Positions 1 through 10,206 are shown, counted from the stretch's first letter. The stretch is 64,000 nt of DNA from Candidatus Thorarchaeota archaeon (GCA_963726195.1 CAVSBO010000016.1:192001-256000), one strand, 5' to 3'. The notes: a model not told the origin generated them from the letters alone. Program-made: numbers and translations.

Positions 1-265
1 GAGAGTGAAGAAAGGAAAGACTGTGTGGATTACAACGGCCCGGCCGACGAAGGACCTAGCGATTAGAATGGGCTACTATGACAAAATAGAGAAGGCCGGC
101 GCATTCCTCGTGAGCGACGCATGCTGTGCAGTCGCACCCTTGAAAGGACGCTTTACGGGTTTGATGACTGACTCCGCAAAGGCCTGCTTCTATGCGCGCG
201 GCAAAAACAAGTTCAAGACGGAAATACGGACAATCGACGAGTGCATCAAGGAGGCGGTAGTGTGA
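1..265 (+). CDS. Aconitase X catalytic subunit (DUF521; phosphomevalonate dehydratase large subunit-like), 3' part only
   Basis: C-terminal motifs 'IEKAGA..VSDAC..VAPL' and 'LMTDSAKACFY' typical of AcnX; overlaps the start of a swivel-subunit gene; truncated by window edge. Confidence 0.8.
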   Translation, partial: RVKKGKTVWITTARPTKDLAIRMGYYDKIEKAGAFLVSDACCAVAPLKGRFTGLMTDSAKACFYARGKNKFKTEIRTIDECIKEAVV

Positions 266-655
266 AACTCCAAGGGAGAAAGGTCTTCAGGGGAAAGGTT
301 GCGGGCGAAGTCTCTGGTGACCACTCAGGATATCTCGTTCTACGGAGGATGCGATCCGCAAACAGGGCAAATCGTGGAGAAGGGGCACGAGCTTGAAGGA
401 AAATCCGTCGCTGGCAAGGTCCTTGTTTTTCCAACTGGCAAGGGTTCAACTGTGGGTTCATACGTACTCTATGCCCTCCGCAAGAACGGAAAAGCGCCCC
501 TTGCGATTGTAAACAAGACAGTGGACCCTGTCATCGCTGTGGGTTGTATAATATCCGAGATTCCCGCGGTTGACCAAGTGCAGATTGACAAGCTGCGCTC
601 AGGTCAGAAAGTTGAGGTAGACGCCGATCACGGCGTCGTGTCAACTTCTGGCTAG
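262..655 (+). CDS. Aconitase X swivel subunit (DUF126), one +1 indel near 311
   Basis: GTG at 262 reads MKLQGRKVFRGKVAGE, then shifts into ORF 299..655 'ISFYGGCDPQTG...GKGSTVGSYVLY'. Confidence 0.85.
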
Positions 656-664
656 TGAGAGCTG

Positions 665-1300
665 CTAGAACCGTTGGACCTGAGGTTCAAAGTCCTCGGG
701 TGTGAATGAGGGTTCAGCATCAGCGGCTAGGTCGCCTTTTTCCCTGAGAACTTGCCTTGTGACGAGGTAATAAACGAGAGCAAGTGCCTTCCTTCCACGG
801 TTGTTGGAAGGAATGACGAGGTCGATGTTCGTGGTGACATTATCTGTGTCACAAAGAGCAATGACGGGAATGCCAATCCTCGCGGCTTCAGACAGCGCTT
901 GTTGGTCAGTACGAGGATCGGTCAATATCAGGAGTTCGGGCTCCACGTAGCTCCTCGGGCCAGCAATGTTGGGATTTGTGAGTGTGCCAGGAACAAAGCG
1001 CTCAGTGAATGCATGTGCTCCGATATATCCTGCAAACGACTCAACGGGTCTCTTTCCGTACACACGGCCGGAGACAGCAACTACCCGCTCAGCGTTGAAT
1101 CTGTTTATGAACTTGCCAGCAGTCCTGATTCTTTCGTCAGTCTTTCTCACATCTAGGACGTAGAGACCGATTGGGCGTTGTCTGTAGACAAATGGTTCCA
1201 TATCCTGTGTCTTGACCTGTGTCCCAATATGGCAACCTGCTGCAAGATACTTGTCCATCGGGGTCAGAAGCTCGACCTCAGATACTTCAGCATCGCTCAC
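665..1300 (-). CDS. rps2: 30S ribosomal protein uS2
   Basis: 'YLAAGCHIGT', 'RFVPGTLTN', 'IPSNNRGRKAL'. Confidence 0.97.
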   Translation of the reverse strand: MSDAEVSEVELLTPMDKYLAAGCHIGTQVKTQDMEPFVYRQRPIGLYVLDVRKTDERIRTAGKFINRFNAERVVAVSGRVYGKRPVESFAGYIGAHAFTERFVPGTLTNPNIAGPRSYVEPELLILTDPRTDQQALSEAARIGIPVIALCDTDNVTTNIDLVIPSNNRGRKALALVYYLVTRQVLREKGDLAADAEPSFTPEDFEPQVQRF

Positions 1301-1321
1301 GACTGCTTAGCCTCCGGAGTT

Positions 1322-1519
1322 TCAGATGTTGAAAACGCCATGAAGTCTGTCTATCACATCCACGTGTGAGAGCAACATTCTCCTGCAACAATATCTATGC
1401 AGGCCTAGTCTGTCCAATACTACAGCGGGATCCTCGCCTTGGCGAACCTCGCGCTTGAACTGCTCGTACTTGTCCGCCACAACTTTCCCACATGTGAAGC
1501 ATCTTACCGGAATTATCAT
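1322..1519 (-). CDS. rpoN: RNA polymerase subunit N (Rpo10)
   Basis: '[12 protein letters not shown]...[13 protein letters not shown]'. Confidence 0.97.
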   Translation of the reverse strand: MIIPVRCFTCGKVVADKYEQFKREVRQGEDPAVVLDRLGLHRYCCRRMLLSHVDVIDRLHGVFNI

Positions 1520-1531
1520 CTTATGATCACA

Positions 1532-1930
1532 TCACCTGTATGATTTCTGGAAACGGCTTCTCGCCGACGGGCCACCAAACTTCTTTGGCTCGGTGCGCCT
1601 AGGATCGCCCACAAGCATGGTCCTGTCATGCTCAAGCATTCGAGAACGTGCTTCGAAATCTTGACTCATCTCGATGAGACCGGTGGCTATTGCCATTCTG
1701 GCAGCGTCTGCTTGGCCCATGAAGCCACCGCCTCGAACAATAACCCTTATGTCATACTTGGCCCAACCATCGCCAAACAGCAGAAGCGGTTCTTGTATTC
1801 TCAGTCGTGCAATATCTGGTTGCACGATTTCAAGTGGCTGTCCGTTGATTCGGATTCTTCCATTGCCTTCTCTAACGGTTGCCTTTGCCAAGGATGTCTT
1901 TCTCTTACCGGCAGTCACGACAATGCGCAC
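1532..1930 (-). CDS. rps9: 30S ribosomal protein uS9
   Basis: 'GKRKTS', 'GGGFMGQA', 'PKKFGGPSARSRFQKSYR'. Confidence 0.97.
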   Translation of the reverse strand: MRIVVTAGKRKTSLAKATVREGNGRIRINGQPLEIVQPDIARLRIQEPLLLFGDGWAKYDIRVIVRGGGFMGQADAARMAIATGLIEMSQDFEARSRMLEHDRTMLVGDPRRTEPKKFGGPSARSRFQKSYR

Positions 1931-1931
1931 T

Positions 1932-2384
1932 TCATTTCACCTCCAGCATCCTCCAACCAAGCTCATGGCTGAGGTCTCCAATGGTCACGCGCTTACGCCG
2001 AGGACTGTTGTAACGCGACTTCTCGACCACTATCTTCTCGTTTTCGGCATACTCTTTGGGAATGCCCATGAAAACTTTGACACGCCTATACGCGTCCATA
2101 GCCCGTGATGTGGGCCAAGGAAGCATCCCGCGCACCATTCTGCGAAACATCTTGTCGGGACGCTTCTGATGAAGCGGGCCCTTCTCTGGTTTTGTTGAAG
2201 TCTTAATCTTGCGTCTCTGTTTGTAAGCGTTGATTACCGTTTTCCTGTCACCAGTGATTACGGCCTTCTCCACATTGACAACCACAACCCGCTCTCCCTT
2301 CAGAGCAGCCTTTGCCACAATCGCTCCGAGTCTCCCAGCGATCATGTTCTCGGCATCAAAAACCTTCAATCTCTGCTCGCTCAT
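1932..2384 (-). CDS. rpl13: 50S ribosomal protein uL13
   Basis: 'DAENMIAGRL', 'RRMVRGMLP'; position in the rpl18e-rpl13-rps9 cluster. Confidence 0.95.
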   Translation of the reverse strand: MSEQRLKVFDAENMIAGRLGAIVAKAALKGERVVVVNVEKAVITGDRKTVINAYKQRRKIKTSTKPEKGPLHQKRPDKMFRRMVRGMLPWPTSRAMDAYRRVKVFMGIPKEYAENEKIVVEKSRYNSPRRKRVTIGDLSHELGWRMLEVK

Positions 2385-2395
2385 AGTAACCGCCT

Positions 2396-2758
2396 TCATG
2401 TGATTATCAATACTCCTGTTCCCTTGGGAACTCTATCAAGCAGCTCATCAATTGAAATCAGTGCGCCGCCCGCGTCGACTATCACCGACCGTGCCGAGAC
2501 TGAGGCGTTCAGAGCAGCAACGGTAACCTTGTGCGTAAGACTACCTGAGCCCAAAACCTTGCCCGGTACGACCACTACGTCACCATCACTCGTATAGCGA
2601 CCAATCTTGCCGACGTTCACCGCCGCACGCATCCGAGCTGGGCGAGATATCAACTCAGCGACTCGCTTCCATATTCCGGCATCATTCTTGTTGGATGTAG
2701 TTCTGAGCGCATTAATGAGCGCGCGCGTATTGGGGTCTGTTGGTCCAGTTCTAACCAC
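2396..2758 (-). CDS. rpl18e: 50S ribosomal protein eL18
   Basis: 'VNVGKI', 'VVVPGKVLGSG'. Confidence 0.95.
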   Translation of the reverse strand: MVRTGPTDPNTRALINALRTTSNKNDAGIWKRVAELISRPARMRAAVNVGKIGRYTSDGDVVVVPGKVLGSGSLTHKVTVAALNASVSARSVIVDAGGALISIDELLDRVPKGTGVLIIT

Positions 2759-2769
2759 CTATAGCCACC

Positions 2770-3570
2770 TCACAGTGTGCCTGCAAACTCAAGGGCCTCC
2801 CGAACTCGTTCCTTAAGCATATCAGCTGCTCTCTCTACTATCTCATCGGGAGGGAGTGCCCCTGACGACTCCACCTTGAATAGAAAACTGTCCTTCTTGG
2901 AATCAATTGTAATGGCGCCTGACTCGCACTCCTGAACACACGCTTCGCACATACTACAGTCTAAAGTGTTCTGAGTGGAGACTTTGTCGCCGTCAAGCTT
3001 GAGTATATTCTTCGGGCAGATTTCCACACATGCGCCGCAGCGGTCGCACTTCGTCTTGTCTATGCTGACAACTGGCACATATTTGTACGCCACCGTTGCG
3101 ACGGGCTGGAACTTGGCGTTCTCTATGCCAGTCCCAAGACGTGCATATGCTTCCACTATCAGCCTCTGATGTGGAGCCAACTTCACAATGGGTATGTCTC
3201 CTGAAGCCGGGACCACTTTCGGATCCTGTGATGAGAGGTCTCGGGAGTAAACAACTGTCTCTTGGTCACCAGCCTCTTTCTCAAGAGTGAGTGTGCATTG
3301 GCACAGACTACAGCCCTTTCCCTCGCAGTCGCATTCCTGAGGGAGATTGTAGTCGTCGAGCCTAGTTACTAGCGGTATGAGCCCGAGTCTATGAGCCAAC
3401 ATCTCATCGTACATCACGCTCGTGTTTTCGATTACAATTACTTCATCGATGGCCATCGCAGGTAACCGTATGAGCATAGTGCGCCGGAGCGCATTCGCAA
3501 ACGCGATATCCACGCCTTCCACTAGGAAATGGATTGCATCACTTTGCTTATGGATAATCGTGATTTCCAT
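2770..3570 (-). CDS. rpoD: RNA polymerase subunit D (Rpo3) with ferredoxin-like domain
   Basis: 'FANALRR', 'NTSVMYDEMLAHRLGLIP', two CxxCxxCxxxC motifs; start placed at MEIT. Confidence 0.96.
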   Translation of the reverse strand: MEITIIHKQSDAIHFLVEGVDIAFANALRRTMLIRLPAMAIDEVIVIENTSVMYDEMLAHRLGLIPLVTRLDDYNLPQECDCEGKGCSLCQCTLTLEKEAGDQETVVYSRDLSSQDPKVVPASGDIPIVKLAPHQRLIVEAYARLGTGIENAKFQPVATVAYKYVPVVSIDKTKCDRCGACVEICPKNILKLDGDKVSTQNTLDCSMCEACVQECESGAITIDSKKDSFLFKVESSGALPPDEIVERAADMLKERVREALEFAGTL

Positions 3571-3737
3571 CTTCTCACCTGAGAGCGGAGGCCTTCCGTT
3601 ACCCAAAAGACACTGTTCCCGGACGGACTCGCTTGAGAACCTCAAGGATCCTCTAGCTCACTCGCCCGTGCCTTGGGTGTCCAAAACGGGAATTGGCTTC
3701 GTATAAAAGTGTTGCTCTAAAGCCGCAGGACAACTTC

Positions 3738-4236
3738 TCAGGAAGCGACACGGCACATATTCCTGAGCTCGTTGATTATCATTCTGTAACCATTGACCCT
3801 TTGCTTGGGATCAATTGCAACCATTCCATACGTCGGTGAGCCCAGCAGGTCCTGTACCGACTCGGGTTTCATGGCGCCGGGTAGGTCTTGCTTGTTTGCA
3901 ATGATAATAATCTGCATCCCCGCGAGGAGATCTTTATACTTCTCAAGGAGTCTGTCGCGTCCGCAGGACTTCCTTGGGCGTACTATCGGTCACCACTACA
4001 ACCATCGTGCTGCCTTTCAAGAGGTCAGGCCACAGGAATTCGAAATGCGACTGACCAGCCATCTCAACGAGTGATACCTTAGTCGTGCTATCGATGGTTA
4101 TTGTGCCGCAGTCCATTCCTGCGGTAGGCACATAATTGGAGTCCAGTATCGCCGTTTTGTCGGTGAGCAACTTTATCAGAGTGGACTTGCCAGCGTACCC
4201 CGATCCAATTAGAGCAACCTTCACATACTGAGTCAT
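3738..4236 (-). CDS. Arf-like small GTPase, one indel near 3950
   Basis: G1 GSGYAGKST, G2 PT, G3 EMAGQ; the shifted frame continues LLEKYKDLLAGMQIIIIANKQDLPGA (G4 NKQD) to a stop at 3738. Confidence 0.85.
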
Positions 4237-4432
4237 CCGACGCGGCTCCGATTAGTCTTAAGTCAAACAGGCTTCGTTTGACATATCAGCTGTCGTGTTA
4301 CTGTTGTATCACTCGCAGTGCAGCCTCTTAGCACCCTCTTAACCTGAGTGGTGAGGGTGAGTTCCGGGCTGGTCTAACCTCGACAGAAGCGCTTAACTAT
4401 GAGGAATAGGTCCCCCCTGGAGAGCTAGCGAA

Positions 4433-5423
4433 ATGACGCTCTTGTGCCCCTCTACGGTCATTGTGGCGAAGAATGCAATAGAGAGGCTCAGCGAGCTCTT
4501 TGCGCCCGTATCAGCACATAATCTGTGTAACGGACGAGGTCATTCAGTCGGACTATGGCGAGAAGCTGAGGGGAATCATAGGCTTTGACCCGCAATGGGT
4601 GATGGCATCAACCTACCAAGATAGTACACCCGTCAAAGAGAGTGCCCAAATCATAGTAGGATTCGGGGGAGGACGAAGCCTAGATGTTGCGAAACTCATA
4701 GCCGCTCGGATAGGACTTGACTGGATCTCTGTGCCCACTGCCGCATCACACGATGGCATCGCAAGCGATGTGGCATCTGTCACTCAAGACGGTTATAGGT
4801 ATTCCAAGAGATGCAGAAGACCTAGTGCAATCGTTGCGGACTTGTCCATCATGTCACGGGCACCACCTAGGCTGAAGCTCGCAGGAACTGGCGACATCCT
4901 CTCCAAGGCATCGAGCCTAGCAGAATGGCGATTGGGCAATCAGAAGAACGGCGAACCGCTTAACGAAGAAGCCTTCGCTCTGGTCAGTTCCGCCCTAGAG
5001 TCGGTTCTGAAGAATAGCAGCCTAGAAACTCTGGTAAAGGCTGAGATAGATGCAGGAAAGGCAATGTGTATTGTGGGTAACTCAAGGCCCTGCTCTGGAA
5101 CTGAACATGCGATTTCCCACGCCATGGAAAGGCGATGCCAAGAACTGCACGGACTTCAGGTGGCTTTTGCAACGCCGCTTTGTCTTCACTACCTAAGGGA
5201 ACTTGGGTACACAAAACATAGGCCGATTGATTTGCTTCGCATAATGCAAAAGAGAGGCCTGCCTACCACCCTTGGCGGAATGAATGCAACCGCCGACTTG
5301 CTCATTGATGATATCCATCATGCTTTGGAGATAATGAAGAAGAGAGACAGGTATTCTGTCTTGAAGGGCATTGACGACAAGGATCTCATGAAGGTTATCA
5401 CTGAGTTGTATGAAGTGCCTTAG
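4433..5423 (+). CDS. egsA: Glycerol-1-phosphate dehydrogenase, one indel near 4505
   Basis: 'GFGGGRSLDVAK', 'SVPTAASHDGIAS', 'SRPCSGTEHAISHA', 'LHGLQVA'. Confidence 0.88.
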
Positions 5424-5534
5424 ACTCCGAGACTGGTTCGACAGTTTTAAAAGAGGTCGTCATGACAACGACCGGGACGGCCTAGGAAAGGGGTCGTCTG
5501 GATTACCAATGAAGTGCTAACAGAGGTATACTGG

Positions 5535-5906
5535 ATGCCAAAACCAAGTTTCGTAGAATGGGAAGCTACTGAAGAGCTTCAGAAGAAAGCCCTAGAAGCC
5601 GTAGAGATCGCGAAGGACAGTGGCAGAATCAAGAAGGGAATCAATGAAACCACAAAATCCATTGAACGCGGCATAGCGCGCTTGGTGCTTGTCGCCGAGG
5701 ACGTTGAGCCGCCCGAAGTGATCATGTATCTGCCCGGTCTGTGCGATGACAAGAAGACTCCTTACATCTTTGTGAAGAGCAAGAAAGATCTTGGCAATGC
5801 AGCAGGCATTGAACGTCCCACTGCCGCAATAGCAATCGTCGTCGAAGGAAAGTCAAAAGACCTAGTCACGGACATTGTCGGGAAGATTGCCGCCCTGCGA
5901 AAGTAG
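5535..5906 (+). CDS. rpl7ae: Ribosomal protein L7Ae (eL8)
   Basis: 'IKKGINETTKSIERG', 'AEDVEPPE'. Confidence 0.97.
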   Translation: MPKPSFVEWEATEELQKKALEAVEIAKDSGRIKKGINETTKSIERGIARLVLVAEDVEPPEVIMYLPGLCDDKKTPYIFVKSKKDLGNAAGIERPTAAIAIVVEGKSKDLVTDIVGKIAALRK

Positions 5907-5928
5907 ACCTGCAAGGTGATATCGTTCA

Positions 5929-6150
5929 ATGAGCAAAGAAGAGGAAGCTCTATCGATTCCTGCCGAGGTTATTCAACTACTGGGCAGGACTGGCGTAACC
6001 GGAGAGATAACTCAAGTAAGAGTCAAGATACTTGAGGGTCGTGACAAAGGGCGAGTTCTGACCCGAAACGTCAAGGGTCCGGTTCGTATGGGAGATGTCC
6101 TGATTCTCCGTGAGACCGAACGCGAAGCTCGTAAGATGAGGAGGCGTTAG
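5929..6150 (+). CDS. rps28e: 30S ribosomal protein eS28
   Basis: 'GRTGVTG', '[21 protein letters not shown]'. Confidence 0.97.
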   Translation: MSKEEEALSIPAEVIQLLGRTGVTGEITQVRVKILEGRDKGRVLTRNVKGPVRMGDVLILRETEREARKMRRR

Positions 6151-6152
6151 CC

Positions 6153-6350
6153 GTGGTCGGCATACAGAAATGCGTGTTCTGTGGAAAGGACATTGAGCCG
6201 GGCACAGGCATGGCCTATGTGCAGACAAAAGACGGAACTGTTCTGTGGTTCTGTTCAAACAAATGCAAGGTCAGTCGGATTCGGCGAAAGATGAAGCCAA
6301 GACAGACCAAGTGGACCGCAGGCTACGAAAAAGGCGGAAAGCCGAAGTAG
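6153..6350 (+). CDS. rpl24e: 50S ribosomal protein eL24
   Basis: 'CVFCGKDIEPGTG', 'FCSNKC', 'PRQTKWT'. Confidence 0.97.
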   Translation: MVGIQKCVFCGKDIEPGTGMAYVQTKDGTVLWFCSNKCKVSRIRRKMKPRQTKWTAGYEKGGKPK

Positions 6351-6580
6351 GTGACGTGTAGAGTCTTTGTCTTGCCAACCACGCCATACTCTAAAGAATC
6401 ATCAGGTAGAGCTCGTTTTGCAGCGACCTAGGTGATGAGTTCAAACATGAGGGGCAGCGGCTTTTAACGAACTGCGGCCTGCTCCTCTCTGCTAATTCCT
6501 TGAGACTATCCCATCCAGTTCATAGAGACGTTCTGTGCTAACAGTCCCGCCACCTATGCACGAGCCAAGGGCTGCGAACT

Positions 6581-7252
6581 CTAAGCTTTCGCTATTTCGT
6601 CCTGAATGAAGCTTTGAATAGATCGCGCAAGAGCAGATATCTCACTCTGGCGAACACCCTCTGCGTCCTTCGAAAGCAGCTTTTCCAGCGATGGGACAAT
6701 GTTGGGCGAAGAACGCTTCTGTTCAATCGCAGTTCGTACAAGCTTTCGAAGATCTGCAGTGTAGTCGGCGTCGCCGGCCTTGTATTTCGTGATGTAAGCT
6801 CTCGCTTTGGCTTCTGCATCTGCCGACTGGACGAGACCGCCTTCCTTGGTCCAGAGTGCAATCTCAGCGGCAGCCGTATCAGGAGCATCGGACGCATGTG
6901 CAACATTGATACCGGCCCAGATTCCGTAGCGGCCTCTCAAAGAATCTGGTGTGGCCTTTTGCACGAAGGTGGCGCCCAGCGCATCACGAATTCCTTGAAT
7001 CACGTTGTCTCCTCCGAACACCATTGCCAAGACACGGGCAGAAGTTATGAAGTCGACAAGCCAACCGAAGAACGGTTTGTCTTTGTGAACTGTATAGTGC
7101 TTCTTTGCTAGGGGAACCGGGACTTTCATTTCCCGGAAGGCTTCAATCTTGTAGCCCTTTGCCAGAAGAGCATCTAAGACAAGTGCGCTGACTCTTCTTC
7201 GGATTGCGCTATCGGGCTTAATCAGCACGAGGGACTGCTCCAATTCGTACAC
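6581..7252 (-). CDS. ndk: Nucleoside diphosphate kinase with C-terminal extension
   Basis: 'LVLIKPD', 'HKDKPFF', 'SLRGRYG', 'NVAHASD' (catalytic His). Confidence 0.9.
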   Translation of the reverse strand: MYELEQSLVLIKPDSAIRRRVSALVLDALLAKGYKIEAFREMKVPVPLAKKHYTVHKDKPFFGWLVDFITSARVLAMVFGGDNVIQGIRDALGATFVQKATPDSLRGRYGIWAGINVAHASDAPDTAAAEIALWTKEGGLVQSADAEAKARAYITKYKAGDADYTADLRKLVRTAIEQKRSSPNIVPSLEKLLSKDAEGVRQSEISALARSIQSFIQDEIAKA

Positions 7253-7429
7253 CGGTCCTTTTGTAATCTGAAGATGAGGACATCTTCAGTTCGTTCTCGT
7301 TTCTCAGGCAGGAGGAGGTTATTTTAGTGTTTTGAAAACGGAGACTGCCGCTTGGACAGAAGATTAAGCTTGAAACAAACGACAGTTTCATAAACACAGC
7401 TCAGGTGTTCGCGGGAAGTCTTCTGTGAG

Positions 7430-9236
7430 GTGTCGCCAATGGCACAGGCTGAATCAGGAGGGAAAACTCGACTTCGCTCCCCCATCGTAACTGTCCTCGG
7501 TCACATCGACCACGGCAAGACCTCTTTGCTTGACAAGATGCGTGGAACTGCCGTCCAAGAACGAGAGACAGGGGGAATGACTCAGCATATTGGTGCATCA
7601 TTCTTTCCAACAGAGACCATCCTCTCAATATGCGGGGACCTCCTGAAGACTGTGAAGACGGACCTCACAATAGACGGTCTCCTGTTCATAGACACCCCCG
7701 GGCACGAAGCATACCTGAATCTCAGAAGAAGGGGCGGTGCGGTTGCTGATATTGCAGTACTTGTCATTGATATCAACGAAGGAGCCATGTCCCAAACTTA
7801 CGAATCCCTGAATATCCTGCGAACAGGACGAACTCCGTTCGTAGTCGCAGCAAACAAGCTAGACAAGGTGCCGGGTTGGAAAACGAAACCGGGATTCACA
7901 CTGGTTCAGACAATCAAAGCGCAGAAGGCGAGTACCCAAACTGAGATTGACAAGCGCCTGTACGACATCGTTGGTGCGCTCTCGGCCAACGGCATCGACT
8001 CTGAACGTTTTGACCGTGTGACGGACTTCACCAAGACCGTCACAATCGTGCCCACGAGCGCTAAGACGGGCGAAGGCATTCCGGAACTCCTCATGGTCCT
8101 CGCCGGCCTCACCCAGCAATTCATGAAAGACAGGTTGAAGATTGTGACGGGGCCTGCAAAGGGGACTGTCTTGGAGGTCAGAGAGGAGACGGGTCTCGGC
8201 TTGACTCTTGACACAATCATCTACGAAGGTACGCTGAAGAAGACCGACACAATCGTGGTCGGCGGTCTCGATGATGTCATTGTGGCCAAAATCAGAGCAC
8301 TGCTTTTGCCCAAACCGCTTGATGAGATTCGTGATCCTAGAGAAAAATTCAGCAGCGTTTCAGAGGTCAGTGCTGCAGCCGGAATCAAGATAGTCGCTCC
8401 AGATATTGCGGGCGCCATGTCCGGAGCCCCGCTCTACGCCTTGGACAAGCCCGAGAATCTGGAGGCTTACAAGAACAAAGTGCGCGAGGAACTCAGGTCG
8501 ATTCGAATCCAGAAGGACTCTTCAGGGATTGTACTGAAGGCTGACACACTGGGGTCACTAGAGGCTGTTACGCAGTACCTGCAGGAACGCAAGGTTCCAG
8601 TTAGGATGGCAGATGTCGGACCGATAGTCAAGCGCGATATTCTGGAGGCAAGAGCTGCTGGGGAGACAGAACTTCTGAACGCAGTGGTACTCGGGTTCAA
8701 CGTAAAGACTGCACCTGAGATTCCCGATTTGGCTGCAGAGTACGGGGTTGAGGTCTTCCAGAACGATGTTATCTACCGCCTCTTCGATGAATACAACGCA
8801 TGGCTAATCGTTAAGAGAGAACAAGCCAAGGCAGAGTCGCTCAGCTCAATAATCAGACCCGGAAAGGTCGAAGTCATGCCTGAGTACATTTTCAGACGAA
8901 GCAATCCGGCAGTTGTTGGTGTGAAAGTCTCTGGCATAATCAGACCCAAGGTGGGCCTAATCAACTCCGCTGGCAAGCGAGTGGGATCGATTATACAGAT
9001 ACAGGATAGGAACGTGACTATAGATGAGGCCACTGACGGCATGGAGGTGGCGATATCCATCAGAGGACCCACCGTTGGTCGCCAAGTCAAGGAAGACGAT
9101 GTGCTCTACGTTGACATGCCTGACAAGCACGTTATCGTGGCCCGGACGAAGTTTGCAGGCGGACCTCTCTCGACAGGAGCTTGATGTTCTTGAAGAGATT
9201 GTTCAGGCTAAACGAGCAAGTGGTTCCTTCGTCTAG
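7430..9236 (+). CDS. infB: Translation initiation factor aIF5B/IF-2, indel near 9160
   Basis: 'GHIDHGKT', 'TQHIGA', 'DTPGHEAY', 'NKLD'; C-terminus continues in the shifted frame 'LSRQELDVLEEIVQAKR'. Confidence 0.96.
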
Positions 9237-9350
9237 GGTGGGCTTGATAGGCGACTTGTGCACAGGTTCGCATGATCAGAGTGATAACAGTGTCAAGTTC
9301 AATCGGTGGCCATTGATAACGTTTTTAGGCGTTCCTTGAGCTTGTGACGC

Positions 9351-9663
9351 GTGCAGCGGGTAGGGCGACTCGTTTGCCGCGAGCGAGACCACATGGCAAT
9401 AGTGGCGTCAGTAACCCGGCAGAGTGTGAAACCCAACCCCCTCAGTATTCGTCGAAGGACTATGACGAGTAGTCTCTGAAGTCTATCACGGCCACAGCAA
9501 CAATCGTAGGATTGTTGTGAGTGGATTAGATTGTCGAACCGGGTCAGGCCCTGGCGGGAACAGCCCTAAGGCTAGGTGATGGAGCCTCAGAGGAAACTGC
9601 TCCGAGGAGAGCGACGAGAGACTGCCTGGGAAGGGACAGACGAAACCTAAGGAGCCGCTGCAC
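9351..9663 (+). ncRNA. ffs: Archaeal SRP (7S) RNA
   Basis: 313 nt closed by GTGCAGCGG/CCGCTGCAC; helix 6 CAACAATC-GTAG-GATTGTTG; helix 8 GGGTCAGGCCC-TGGC-GGGAACAGCCC; followed by a T-tract. Confidence 0.9.
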
Positions 9664-9687
9664 CTCCTACTGTTCTTTTTCCACCAT

Positions 9688-10125
9688 TCGACAGGAATAG
9701 GCAAGTGGGCTAGCGCCGCAACCGCGACGCACACAGTCGAAAGCCCGAGGGAGAAAATCCTCTCAAGGGATATCCTTACTCCCCAAGAAGAATGCAGTAT
9801 TACATTCCCGGGAGTCTGCGGTGGTTCACGCCGCTCAAACGAGCCTTCCCGATTTCAGCGATGAAATTGGGATGAGTGATCATGACCCCACCGTGGTAAG
9901 AACTGTGGAAGGCCTCTCTGCCGTCGGGCACGATACACCGACATCACGACAGGAGAAAAAGGCCAGGTCTGTAGGAGGGATTCCATCTCAGTGATTACAG
10001 ACGAAGCCTCTGCTAACCCCGCGCCATCAGCAGTCGGGGGGCGGCGACGCCAGACAGAGGAAGGGCAGAACACAGAAGTTTCTTGCAGTTGAGCTTCACT
10101 CACATCAGAGAAACAGCGTCAGAGC
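9688..10125 (+). ncRNA. Stand-alone omega-RNA-like structured RNA homologous to the 3' end of the TnpB gene at 29692-31424 (putative guide from ~10104)
   Basis: 29/38 ungapped identity between 9884-9921 and 31198-31235; shared 3' block GAAGGG..GAACACAGAAG..GTTGAG..CACTCAC ending at 10103 and 31424; compensatory stems; many hairpins, e.g. a GCGA-capped one at 9847-9872. Confidence 0.75.
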
Positions 10126-10206
10126 AGGCTGGCTCCTTGCGCGCCGGCCTGTTTCCTTCGCAATGTTTATGAGAACACCTGTACGCTCTTGTTTCTCGCT
10201 AGAACA

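Noticed and set aside
2900-3070. Ferredoxin domain in Rpo3 as a novelty
   Set aside because: A known feature of many archaeal Rpo3 subunits.
9881-9890. CATGACCCCA complementary to the shared tRNA-intron motif
   Set aside because: Only 9-10 nt, no C/D boxes around it, and the homologous copy (AAGACCCCG at 31196) does not keep the match; likely chance.
9688-10158. RNase P RNA
   Set aside because: No GAGGAAAGUCC/P4 pairing on either strand; the region is explained by homology to the tnpB 3' end.
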